A stretch of 64,000 bases of DNA from Squalus acanthias (taxonomy: Eukaryota), in NCBI GenBank assembly GCA_030390025.1, contig CM059433.1, forward strand, positions 21,392,001 to 21,456,000. The letters are read 5' to 3'. The notes under the pieces are model-generated. The model did not search any database, was not told where the DNA came from, and saw nothing but the letters and a program-made list of their open reading frames with translations. The number at the start of each line of letters is the position of its first letter. The stretch's first letter is position 1. This document shows, piece after piece, positions 38,711-51,049 of the stretch. The translations under genes were made by a program, and so were the position numbers.

Positions 38711-39809
38711 CCCATGATGTATAATAAAAAAAGCAGTTTTCTCAAAACCTGAATTGTCTGAATGAAAATGCTGGTGTCAAATAATGGGCACAGTGTAGTT
38801 TCAGTGTGAATGCAACCATAGGTATCTAACTTCTTTCCTAAAGGAATATTGCATGTTTTGTTTGTATCTGTGCACACATTTGCACTGTTTGCAGCTATTT
38901 AAAGTAATCCCAGTTCTCTTAACCGTACGCTTGATTATTATTTTCTTCAAGTGTTGATTTAAATCTCCCTTAAATATCATGATTCACTTTACTTCAACAT
39001 GACAATGCATCCATATTCTAATAATCATTTGAATGATAAAACTTTCTACTTGTCCTGTATGCTTTGAGTATTAATTCTAAATTGTTGATCCCTTATTACT
39101 AATTCACCAACCAGTGGAAATAATCTTTCACCATTTACCCTCTCAAATTTCAATAATTTTAAACTCTTCTGTTCAATTTTCGTGACATTTTTTCTGATCT
39201 AGTGAATATATTTCTATTTTTCAAGACTCTCATCATGGCTATATTTGTTCATCATTGGTATCATTCTGGTGAATCTACGGTTGCACTTTTTCTATGGCTC
39301 CAATATTCTTTACATAATGGCGTGCCCAAAACTGTGCACAGCACCCCAATTGTGGCCTAACCAGTCTCATCATTTTGCACTGTCCCCTTTTATGTCTCTG
39401 CACCTCCAGTTTTCCCTGTTCCTTCATGAAAGCATCATCACATTTGTACGGGAGATCATGATAACATAAAAGATCCGCAGTAGCTCTGGGTATTTTTCCT
39501 ACCCTCAAAATCCTGGAACTCCCCATGTAACAGCATTGTAGGAGTACCTTTACCACCCAGACTGCTGCGGTTCAAGAAGGTGGATCACCACCACCTTCTC
39601 AAGGCCAACTAGGGATGGGCAATAATTGCCAGCGATGCACACATCCTGAGAATTAATTTTAAAAACCACCTCTGTTATTGTGCCAGTCAAAGATTCCTGC
39701 ATGTTGAATAGACAGTGATTTTTATTTTGACAAAGTTGTGCATGTTAGTTTTTTTCACACAAACGTTAATATGTTTGTTGCTTTTTCCATATAATCATTT
39801 TTCTTTTCA

Positions 39810-40703
39810 TTCACGGGATGTGGGTGCCGCTGGCAAGGCCAGCATTTATCGCCCATCCCTAATTGCCCTTGAGAAGGTGGTGGTGAGCTGCCTTCTTGAA
39901 CCGCTGCAGTCCGTGTGGTGAAGATACTCCCACAGTGCTGTTAGGGAGGGAGTTCCAGGATTTTGACCCAGCGACGATGAAGGAACGGTGATATACTTTC
40001 AAGTCAGGATGGTGTGTAACTTGGAGGGGAACTTGGAGGTAGTGGTGTTCCCATGTGCCTGCTGCCCTTGTCCTTCTAGGTGGTAGAGGTCGTGTGTTTG
40101 GGAGGTGCTGTCGAAGACGCCTTGGCGAGTTGCTGCAGTGCATCTTGTAGATGGTACACACTGCAGCCACGGTGCGCCGGTGGTGGAGGTAGTGAATGTT
40201 TAAGGTGGTGGATGAGGTGCCAATCAAGTGGGTTGCTTTGTCCTGGATGGTGTTGAGCTTCTTGAGTGTTGTTGGAGCTGCACTCATTCAGGCAAGTGGA
40301 GAGTATTCCATCACACTCCTGACTTGTACCTGTAGATGGTGGAAAGGCTTTGGGAAGTCAAGAGGTGAGTCACTCGCCCCAGAATACCTGCTCTTGTAGC
40401 CATAGTATTTATGTGGCTGGTCCAGTTAAGTTTCTGGTCAATAGTGACCACCCCCCACCCCCCCCCGAGAATGTTGATGGTGGGGGATTTGATGATCACA
40501 GAAGCCAGTCTTCAGCCAATTCGATTCACTCCACGTGATATCAAGAAATGGCTAAGTGCACTGGATGTAGCAAAGACAATGGGCCCTGACAACATCCTGG
40601 CTGTAGTGCTGAAGACTTGTGCTCCAGAACTAGCTGTGCCTATATCCAAGCTGTTCCAGTACAGCTACAACACTGGCATCTACCCAACAAAGTGGAAAAT
40701 TGC
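39810..40703 (-). mobile_element. Second non-LTR LINE family (CR1/L2 group) with inverted 5' segment
   Basis: - strand NTIQDKATHLIG...HHRRTVAAVCTIYKMHC and tail; 40497-40703 reads on + as upstream ORF2 (IRFTPRDIKK...KTCAPELA...KWKIA). Confidence 0.8.
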
Positions 40704-41012
40704 TGTTGTAATGTAGGAACCGTGGCAGCCAATTTGCGCACAGCAAAGGTTGCACAAACAGCATCGTGATAATGACCAGATAATCTGTTTTAGTAATGTT
40801 GTTTGAGGGAGGAATATTGGCCAGGACACTGAGAAGAACTCCCCTGCTCTTCTTTGAAAAGTGCCAGGGGATCTTTTACGTCCACCTGAGAGGGCAAATG
40901 GGGCCTCACTTTAATGCCTCATCCGAAAGACAGCACATCCGAGAATGGAGCGCTCCCTCAGCACTGGACTGAAGTGTCAGCCTAGATTATGTGCTCATGT
41001 CTCAGGAGTGGA
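40704..41012 (-). mobile_element. SacSINE1-like SINE fragment
   Basis: Reverse complement of the SINE body. Confidence 0.78.
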
Positions 41013-41610
41013 ATCTAGGTGTAAAGTGGCAACCAGTGATACTTTTAGGTGTCCAAGAGTTTATAGAGGAATATAGTTGATAATCTGGATGAGATATTGA
41101 AAAGTCAATAAAAATATTGAAAGCAGCACCCCATAAAATATACCTCAACCACAATCTCAATTTATTCATTATTTCCCTCCCTCCACTACCTTTACTAGTG
41201 TCTCCTTATGTAAGCTGTTCATGTAGGAATGAACTTGTATTTATGTAGCGCCTTTCACGACCTTAGAACATCTCAAAGCGCTTTACAGCCTATTAAATAC
41301 TTTTGAAGTGTAGTCTCTATTGTAATATAGGAAACAGTCACATCTCCATGCAGCAGTAATTCTAGGACCACTGATTAGCTCCCATCAACAATGCTGAGTG
41401 CTACCTCATGAATGAATATTCTTGTTTCTGTGGGCAGATATCTGATTTCCAAATTGAGGCTTTTGACTTCTCAACGTGACTGGACCTTGCTGGGAAGTAT
41501 TAATGATATTGACTTTCCCAGATTTAGAGCCTAGGCTTCCAGGTGATATGAACCCAACTATACTCCCTGCACAATTTATTTTTACTTCACAAAGCTATCC
41601 AATTCATATG

Positions 41611-42315
41611 GGGCCGTATTTTTCGATCGGAGGCTTCCCGCGTGCGGAGGCCTACGATCTGGAAAAAATCTACACACTTACCTGAGGGCTCCCGAGGTGT
41701 GTATAGTTCCGATCCTGGGCCTCTCCAACTCCAAGTGCGCAGGGCCCACGTATCCCAGAGGCGCATGCGGTTCGCAAGTGTCCCTGGGATCACGTGGGCC
41801 ATGGGGAGCCAACCAAAGAAGGGAATCTCCCTTCATACACTTGACAGATAGACCTGTCAAATATATGAATGGAGATCACCCCAAAAACACTTTAAAACAT
41901 TAAATAAATGTAAAAAAAAAAATCACATTTTTAAAATTAGTTGAAATTACAATAAATTAAATATTTTAAACAAAAATTTAATTTTTTGAAAAAAATAATT
42001 AAAGTTTTTTACGGGGCTAAAAATAAACTTACCTTTTTTGAAGTATTTTTAAATGAGTGAAAACATTTTTTTTTACTTTTTTCAAATCTTATGCTGGTAA
42101 AAGCAGGCCTTACACCTGCTTTTACCAGGCGTAAGACTTCTAAGGGTTTTCTGCGGGCGGAGGTGCTCCAGAAAGTGGAACTATCTGCCCGCAGAGGCCC
42201 TTCTCCAGGACAGGCGTCCGATCTGTCAAGAGCATTCCTGAAACCAGCATTTCTGATGTCCCTACGGGTGTGTACACAGCGCGTACACACCCGTAGGCAT
42301 CGGAATATACGGCCC
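41611..42315 (+). mobile_element. Harbinger-type MITE family C-related
   Basis: TIRs GGGCCGTATTTT and AATATACGGCCC; shares gggatcacgtg, AT-rich core and aaaataaacttacc with 12716-14160. Confidence 0.82.
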
Positions 42316-42594
42316 ATTATCTCAAAACAGGCAAAGGAAGACGAAACTCAAAATGTTCAACAACTTTCTCTTAAAGTTTTGAATTGACTTCAACAGAAAT
42401 TCACCAGGTTTTGCAAATCTAGGCTGTTCGTCCGATGATTGATTCGTGAATGGTGGTTTCAATTAAAATTAAATATTTTGATCAAGTGCTTGACTGTAAA
42501 ACATAAGAAAGCAAAAAATGTATGATTTTATTCCCTTACAATATAAATGATTTTGTAGACAGGTGGGTGAGAAATACAACATCTACCTCAAGTA

Positions 42595-43803
42595 GATGTG
42601 GTGTACCTGGACTTCCAAAAGGCCTTCGATAAGGTCCCACATAAAAGATTAGCAGGGAAAATTGAAGCTCATGGGATAAAGGGGAAAGTATTGACGTGGA
42701 TAGAGAACTGGCTGTCAGATAGAAAACAGAGAGTTGGAATAAACGGCTCATTTTCTGAATGGCTGGCAGTAACAAGTGGGGTACCACAGGGATCTGTCCT
42801 GGGTCCCCAGCTGTTCACAATTTACATTAATGACCTGGATCAGGGAGTCGGATGCAGCATTTCCAAATTTGCAGACGACACTAAACTAGGAGGAGGGGTG
42901 GGCTCAGAGGAGGAGACCAGGAAGCTCCAGAGCGATTTGGACAGACTGGGTGATTGGGCGGATAAATGGCAGATGCACTATATTGTGGACAAGTGCGAAG
43001 TTATCCACCTTGGGTGCAGGAACGGGAGGGCAAATTATTATTTAAATGGCAATAAATTGGGAGAGGGGGAAGTACAGAGAGACCTGGGTGTTCTTGTACA
43101 CCAGTCACTGAAGGCGAGCATGCAGGTGCAACAGGCGATCAAGAAGGCAAACGGTATGCTGGCCTTCATAGCAAAAGGGTTGGAATACAGGAACAGGGAT
43201 ACCTTGCTGCAGCTGTACAGGGCACTGGTGAGACCACACCTCGAGTACTGTGTACAGTTTTGGTCGCCTCATCTGAGGAAAGATGTTCTTGCCATGGAGG
43301 GGGTGCAGCGGCGATTCACCAGGCTGATACCAGGAATGGCGGGATTGACCTATGAGGAGAGACTATGTAGTTTAGGGATGTACACACTGGAGTTTAGAAG
43401 ATTGAGAGGGGACCTCATAGAAGTGTATAAAATTCTGACAGGTCTAGACAGACTAGATGCAGAAGGAATGTTTCCCTTGGCGGGTGAGAACAGAACTAGA
43501 GGACATAATTTAAGGATAAGGGCTAAACCATTTAGGACAGAAATGAGGGGGAATTTCTTCACTCAGAGGGTGGTGAACCTGTGGAACTCATTGCCACAGA
43601 GGGCAGTGTACGCCAGCTCATTAAATATATTTAAGAGGGAATTAGATATATTTCTACAGGCAAAAGGGGTTAAGGGTTACGGAGAGAAGGCGGGGACGGG
43701 ATACTGAATTGGAGGATCAGCCATGATCTCATTAAATGGCGGAGCTGGCTCGAAGGGCCGGATGGCCTACTCCTGCTCCTATCTTCTATGTATCTATGTA
43801 TGT
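42595..43803 (+). mobile_element. Young 5'-truncated CR1 with uninterrupted RT/C-terminal frame
   Basis: ORF 42598-43707 (369 aa; YLDFQKAFDKV, FADD) without stops; tail (CTATGTAT)n; AAGTA on both flanks. Confidence 0.93.
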
Positions 43804-44439
43804 AAGTATCAATACAGAATGGTGTTCCATGTTCATGGCTGCATAGAGTGACACCACTAATCCCGGCCACAATGGAGATGATGGGATAATTCACTCATCT
43901 GAAACATCAGAGCACATTTCAGGAGACCGATCAAAGGTTCAGATTCCAGGGCTACCCAATACTCATACCCTGCAGTAATGCTTAAGAGTCTTTTTTGATA
44001 GATCTGCCTGGAATGTCACCTGCTAGTTGAGTATGTTGGTATGGAGAGAAGTAACTGACTGCTTAGACTGACTGATTGCATGTGTCATTACAGAAAAATA
44101 ACCATTTGTTTTATTTATCATTTAGTAGCAGCAAACTACAGGCTTTTGACCAAGGAATTGTAAAGTAATCAGGGACAGGGAGATTAGAAGATATCATCTT
44201 TATGACATGCTATTTCCTTGTAACATTTTATTGGCTGTCTAGTAAGAATTGCCCATACTTGTCCCTTTGGTGATTGAGAGATTCTGTGGAGCTTGTGTGC
44301 TTTCACGTTACCGATGAGATACAGAGTTGGCATAAATTTAGATTATCTCTAGTGCTCCCAGAATAAATGCCCAGCTCCCTTGTTGCATCTGACATTCCAG
44401 ACTCGGTTACTTTTGATCTCAATTGTCACTAATGCTGTA

Positions 44440-44782
44440 GGTGTGCTGCTCCCAACCCCACATTAAAACCCCCTCCCAATCGCAGCTTTTGCAGGGTCCA
44501 ATCTCCAGGCTCCACGATCTCCGATATACCCCTCCACCACCCCCCCCCCAACCCCAGATCCCCGATCCCCGATCCAGGCCCCAATTCCGCGGGCCACTGC
44601 TGGCTGACTCACCTGAGGCCATCACATACCTTTGTGGCTTCTTTACACAGCGTCGTTCATATGGGAATGAGTTTCGAGGCCCAATATCCAGGGCTCCTCA
44701 AACTCTACCATTCGTGCGCAGGGTAAGTACCCCGCGTGGGGAGGCGGGGTGGAGGGAATAGGCGCTCCCAAATTTCTAGGCC
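44440..44782. mobile_element. MITE fragment, Harbinger-like end
   Basis: C-rich cccgatc repeats; ends CAAATTTCTAGGCC. Confidence 0.45.
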
Positions 44783-45522
44783 ACTGAAGAGTGTGGAGGA
44801 ACAGAGAGGCAGTGGTTGGATCACAATTCAAGTCCTCAGTTTTGGGCATCCCTCTATAGAAGGGACAATTAAGCCATAAAGAGAATACAGTGTAGATTCA
44901 TCAGCAGTGGTGAGAAAACTTGAGAAAGTTGGAGAGACCCGAGATACTGTGACTATTTCCACTAGAGCAGCGAGGAAAGGCTAGGAGGAAATTTAATTGA
45001 GGTTTTTAAAATTATGAAGGATTTTGGATGAATAGGGAAATACTATTTCAATTGGATGGGAAGTCAGTGATAAGGAAGCAACAATTTTAAACTGTTGCTA
45101 AGAGAGATTAGGCAACATTATTCACACTGGGAGTTGTTGAAGTATAAAATGCTTTGCAATAGGGAATAGTTGAAGCAGGTCAATTGCAATTTTTAAGGGA
45201 ATTACTGAGAAACATTTGAAGCATGAAACTCAGTTAAATACGAAATGCCATGAGAAGCAATGGGACAGGTTCTCCACACACATTATAGGAGTTCTAAGGA
45301 AACTGGAGTGAGGACAGGATCGGCCTCAACTGTGGTAGCTCTGACAGTTGCTCACTGCTTATTGTCCAGTCTCATAAGTTGAATGATAGCCACCTGACAG
45401 TTTTTGGAGGGACTCCACCAACTTTGGAAACTGCTATGTTGATTGGTTTTCTTCTGCACCTAGTAGAATCATTTCCTGACTTCCTGCCAGTACTATGGGT
45501 GGAGGGGGTAATGGTATTGGGT

Positions 45523-45972
45523 GTCAGCTTTGCCTCAGTGGTAGCAGTCTCATCTCTGCATCAGAGGTCATAGGTTTAAGTCCCAATCCAGAGACTTGAG
45601 TACACATCCAAGCTGACACTTCAGTGCAGTACTGAGGAAGTGCTACACTGTCGGAGGTGCCGTCTTTTGGATGAGATGCTAAACTGAGGCCCCGTCTGCT
45701 CTCTCAGGTGGACAAAAAAGATCCCATGTCACCATTGGAGGAAGAGCAGGAGAGGTCTCCCAATGTACTGGCCAATATTTATCCCTCAATCAACATCACT
45801 AACACAGATTATCTGGTCATGTATCTTATTGTTGTTTGTGGGACCTTGCTTTGCACAAATTGGCTGCCGCGTTTCCCCACATTAAAACCGTGACTACACT
45901 TCAAAACTATTTCGTTGGCTGTGAAGCACTTTTGGAAATCCTGAGGTTGTGAAAGGCGCGATATAAATTCTT
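45523..45972 (+). mobile_element. SacSINE1-like SINE
   Basis: Homologous to 52062-52530. Confidence 0.85.
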
Positions 45973-46319
45973 ATTTGCTATTATTTTGTAACTGCTCTCC
46001 TCCAAGCCATTATCTCTCTTGCGCAATCAAATTCACCACTGCATTGACATAATGTGCCTTTCGGGTCAGTCTGCCCATCCTGGTTCTAAAATTTCTACTC
46101 AGCACATTTAGATTAGTGAGAACAATGTAGCTTTTAAGAGTTGAGAGAGTCATTCTCTGCCTGTTAAACTGTGATAATTGCTGTCCTGCTGTGCTTGGCT
46201 CAAAACTCTTCACTACACTTTGTGTGTATTGAGAGAAAACTCCAGCATTCCCATTTTTACATCAATTCTTGAAGACAAATAGAGCCCCCAAATTTCTAAG
46301 TTGAATTGTAAAAATACAA

Positions 46320-46948
46320 GGGGGAATTTTAGCTGCTGGGCAGTCAGTCGGTGAAATGCGCGGGCACACTGTCCGGAACGTGCAGTGTCAGACCTTATCC
46401 GTTTTAATGGCCGGGCCTCATTGAAGTGAAGTCAGTGAGCTGCCTGCCCCAGGTGGGCATCCAGAGGCAACATGCCGGGTTTGGGCAGTCGCAGTACCGG
46501 GTGGCCTCTGGGCCTCCCGGCCGATGGTAAGGTAAGTCGTTGGGGAGGAATTCGGGAGATTTTCGGGAGCATGGAAGGTGGGGGGTGGTGAGGGGGCGGC
46601 GTTTCAGGATGGCAGCAGTGCAAACTATTTTTGTAGGGACCGAGGTGCACTCCTGCTACTCCTGGCCCCACAAAAATAAGCTTTTTTACTTTCCTTGGAG
46701 GGCCTTTGTTTCTGGTCTCACAGCTTCTACTGAGTGGAGTATCCATGGCACAATCTCCGTCCAGTAGACCACAAAAATGGGTTTGGGGTCCTTTCTATGT
46801 ATTAGCATAAATTCAGAAGGCAAGCTGGTGTTTCAGCCACCTGTTTTTAAGATAGCCATAGGGTGCAAAAAGTGAGTTACAGCGCCTCTTTGATCTTAAT
46901 TCCCACAGTGCCTGGTTTCCGCTGAGCAGAGGGAGTTAAAATCCCTCC
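46320..46948. mobile_element. Diverged Harbinger-type MITE
   Basis: Ends GGGGGAATTTTAGCT and AGTTAAAATCCCTCC; GC-rich interior. Confidence 0.6.
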
Positions 46949-47025
46949 ATACATTTTCTGAAAATCTTTCTGTTGAGCAATAGAATCGGAAAACTTGTAG
47001 ATCAAACCAACTTCCTTAATTTAGG

Positions 47026-47790
47026 GGGCTGGATTTTCATCGACCCGTGGAGGCGGGTTTGGAGGCGTGTGGGGGGTTAAAATTGCGAAAAGTGGCGGGA
47101 GGACCCGATCCCGCCTCCATTCCGCCTCCACGCAATTTTGATGAAATCGTGTGCGGTGGTCCCGTCTCCGTCCCGCCTCCAAGAGGTGGGAGAGGCCATA
47201 AAAGCCCTTAACAAGCCCTAAATTGGCTCTGTAATGCCATTTTGAAACGTTTTAGCTAGTTTAACCCTTTTCCCACGTGAAGCACGCCTGATCTGAAACA
47301 CGCCAGTGAAACCTGGCGGGAGCACAAGTGGATAGCTGACTATCAGCTGCAGGTCCACTATTACAACGGAGATGTGATGAAGGTAGTAGTAGTATTAGGT
47401 CTGAAAGTCGCCTCTGATGCTGCTGCATTGAATGTCTTCAGAGACTGCCTGGCCTTTGCTGTGAGAGGACCTGGATGGAAAAAAAATTCTCTCTGTCTCT
47501 CTCTCTCTCTGTCTCTCTCTCTCTCTGAGATGCTGCTCATTTTGCATCCAGGTCCTCTCACAGCAAAGGCCAGGCAGTCTCTGACCTGCAATGCAGCAGC
47601 AATGATGACATCATCAGAGGCGACTTTCAGACTGAAACCACTAATTGGTTCATGGGTTCCCACATGCTGGAACTCAATTGCCCAATTAAGTGAAAATTGC
47701 ATCAATCTCCCACATCCAATTGCAGTCGGGTGGATAACACGAAATGCGGATGACACGACCCCAACCCGCCCCAGTATCAAAATCCAGCCC
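47026..47790 (+). mobile_element. Harbinger-type MITE family D with internal inverted repeat
   Basis: AGG|GGGCTGGATTTT ... AAAATCCAGCCC|AGG; internal arms flank a (CT)n tract. Confidence 0.9.
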
Positions 47791-48435
47791 AGGATGTGTG
47801 TGTGTTGGGATGGGTGGGCGGAAGGTTTGGTGTAGAAATCTGCTTAGATCCTTAGAGGGTCGAAGAAACTATTACAGTTGTGTTCCTGCATCGAGCTCTG
47901 CTTCAGATGTTTATCAATTTTGCTACAGGAAAAGGTTATTTTTATTTATATCCACACAATTTTTTGCAAAGTATTACATACTATTTATAGCACAGAAACA
48001 GGCCATTCAGCCCAAAAGGTCCATGTCGGGTTTTTATGCACCACTCAAGCCTCCTCCTACCCCTACCCTACTTCATCTAACCCAGCAATTTATGTTAAGT
48101 TGTCTTGAGCCACATCACTGTGCACTGACAAAGCCTTTGCCATCATATTATTATTTTCATTAACCATAAATTCAGTATTATGCAAGAATTGCCATCATGA
48201 ATTTTATCCATTTGCAGTGGTGGAAAATCAAACTTATTGATGTGGATTAAACTAGTATCAATGAAGCAGTGTCCTAAAGGCAAAAATTCTCATCTTATTT
48301 TTCAAGTATTTATTTATACTTTCTATTGTGGGCATCAAATATTTGAGGCGAATCTTCTTTTTGAACATGCTGTCAGGTGTGTTACAAACCCTGTATTTTT
48401 AGGAGAATTTCTAATCCTACTGTTAGTAAAAGTAA

Positions 48436-49290
48436 GGCCGCAATTTTATTAATGGAGGCGGGTTGGGTGCGGGTCAGGTGGTTTCCGGCTTCCAGTCCCG
48501 CCCCCAGCTGCATCCGGCCCACAGACGTGATTTTGCCTTGATTGACCTTGTTAAGTCCGCCCTGCGGGCTTGCTGGTCAATTAAGAGGAAGCGGGTCAGA
48601 TGATGTCATTTGATGACGCGTCATCTGCCGGTTTCCTTAAAGGGACCACGCACAATTTTATTTTGACAGTTGATTTCTCAGTGTTTGACAGCATTGAGGT
48701 GCTGAAAACACTGACAATCACTGCACAAAAGTCACCTGTTGCACCCAGGCTCACCAATGACTCCTTCCATAGGCTGGAATAAATGGCAGCTGCAGGTGAG
48801 GTGACAGAAGCGATCTGTCACTGGTGAGAGAGGTTCTCCTAATGAGGTGGCACTGGACATGGATTTACAAACTTGTAACCTAAAGAAAAATGTAAATGTA
48901 TTAAAAATGCAGTACCCAACATTTTCTTTCCTCTGAGACTCACCATGTGCAACGTTGGATCCTTCACATCACTTCTGCAACTGTCATCTTTTCACAAACA
49001 TTACAGCAGACTCACAACATGCCACACTTACCTGGTGTGGTGTCCGGACGTCGGGAAATCCGAGCAGAAGTAGCAAAATTCAAAAATAGGCTGTCAGCTA
49101 CTGACAACTACCTGTTAATTGGCAGGTAATTGCCTTTAATCCTCTTCCGCTAGGTGTCGGGTCCATTCGCAAATCGTGGACCCGACACTTGGGAAAGTTG
49201 TTTGGAAGTGGGTTGACAGCGGGATCGCAACCCACCGTCAATCAAAACGATTTTACCCTTTGACCCGCCTCCAAACCCGCCCTCTGAGCC
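48436..49290 (+). mobile_element. Non-autonomous Harbinger family A, short subfamily
   Basis: TAA|GGCCGCAATTTT ... GAGCC|TAA (TAA TSD); same internal deletion as 26287-27161. Confidence 0.88.
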
Positions 49291-49367
49291 TAAGAGGCTG
49301 TGGTTATTTTAAATGTCCCACGTCATTTTGTTAAAGGTCTTCAGTAAAGAGGTATTTAGGACTCATG

Positions 49368-51049
49368 GGGCTGGATTTTCATGGTGAAGGTGGGTTGGGG
49401 CGGGGCGGGGTGGGGGCTCCGATGCGGTTGGGAAACCCAGGAAGTTGGGTTTCCCGCAGGCCCTGCTGACTTTAATGGCAGGGCCTGATTTGCATGTGAG
49501 GTCTTGGTTTCCCACCCGCAGCCAGACAGATTGAGAGGCTGGCTGGCTCCGGGTGGGTAGGCCTGTGGCACTAGGCTGCACAGAGGAGGGAGGGAGGGAG
49601 GGAGGGATCTCGGGGGGGATGGGGTCGGCCGGAGGAGCACGGGGAGAGGGTTGATAAGGATCGGGGGGTGCGAGGAAGAACGGGGGCCGTGAGGAACTTC
49701 AGCGGCCGGGTGGCAGCAACATCGAGGCCGGGTGTGAGGATCATCGGGGACCGGGTGGCGGCCTGAGGAGCAAGGGGAGGGGGTCTACTGAGGATCGCGA
49801 GTCGATGGGCCGCGGGGAGGCTGGAGGATCAAGGGCAGGGGAGGGGGTGGGTATGCAGAAGATCGGGGCCAGTAGAAGCCCAGGAAGGCCGGAGGAGCTG
49901 GGGGTGGGAGGGGTAGGGGAAGGCCTCGTGGAGGGATTGGAAGTCTAGGGGGCGGGTGATCGGAGGCCTGGTGGGGGGATCTCCGATCGCGGTGAGTGTG
50001 CTAGGCAGGGACCCTGGATTCAGGAGGTAGGTATAAAGGCACTTACCTCCTGGATGCTGCAGTCCTCGCCTCGCTGTAAATGCCGGGTTTTACGAAGTGT
50101 GTGAAACCCGAGCAGATACAGTTAAAAACAAAATGGAGGTTGAAGAAGAGGCTTCCAGCCTAATTAAAATATTTAAATTGATGTCTCGCCTCCTGGCGGC
50201 AGGTTGGCTGCCTGCCCCGCCCCTTCCCCCGTCAAAACCAGAAGTGGGTGGGTTGGAGGCGGGTTCAGGTCGGGATTGTGCACCAGTCGCTGAAGGTAAG
50301 CATGCAGGTGCAGCAGGCGGTTAAGAAGGCAAATGGTATGTTGGCCTTCATAGCGAGAGGATTCGAGTACAGGAGCAAGGATGTCTTGCTGCAGTTGTAC
50401 AGGGCCTTGGTGAGACCACACCTTGAGTATTGTGTGCAGTTTTGGTCGCCTTATCTGAGGAACGATGATCTTGCCATGGAGGGAGTGCAGCGAAGATTCA
50501 CCAGACTGATACCTGGGATGGCAGGAATGACGTATGAGGAGAGATTGGGTCGATTGGGCTTATATTCGCTGGAGTTTAGAAGAATGAGAGGGGATCTCAT
50601 TGAAACTTATAAAATTCTAACAGGACTAGACAGACTAGATGCAGGAAGGATGTTCCTGATGGCGGGGAGTCCAGACCAGAGGTCACAGTCTAAAGATAAG
50701 GGGTAAGCCATTTAGGACAGAGATGAGGAGGAATTTCTTCACCCAGAGAGTGGTGAACCTGTGGAATTCTCTACCACAGAAGGCAGTTGAGGCCAATTCA
50801 TTAAATATATTCAAGAAGGAGTTAGATATATTTCTTAAGGCTAAAGGGATCAAGGGATATGGGGAGAAAGCAGAGACAGGGTACTGAATTTGGATGATCA
50901 GCCATGATCTCATTAAAAGGTGGAGCAGGCTCGAGGGGCCGAATGGCCTACTCCTGCTCCTATCTTCTATGTTTCTATGACTCCCATTTTTGACAATTTA
51001 ACTACCCTCCCACTCCAAACCCACCCATTTTTTGGGTTAAAATTCCCCC
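49368..51049 (+). mobile_element. GC-rich Harbinger-type element interrupted by a CR1
   Basis: ATG|GGGCTGGATTTT ... AAAATTCCCCC|ATG (ATG TSD); CR1 occupies 50276-50979. Confidence 0.8.
50276..50979 (+). mobile_element. 5'-truncated CR1
   Basis: Nearly identical to 18292-19013. Confidence 0.92.
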
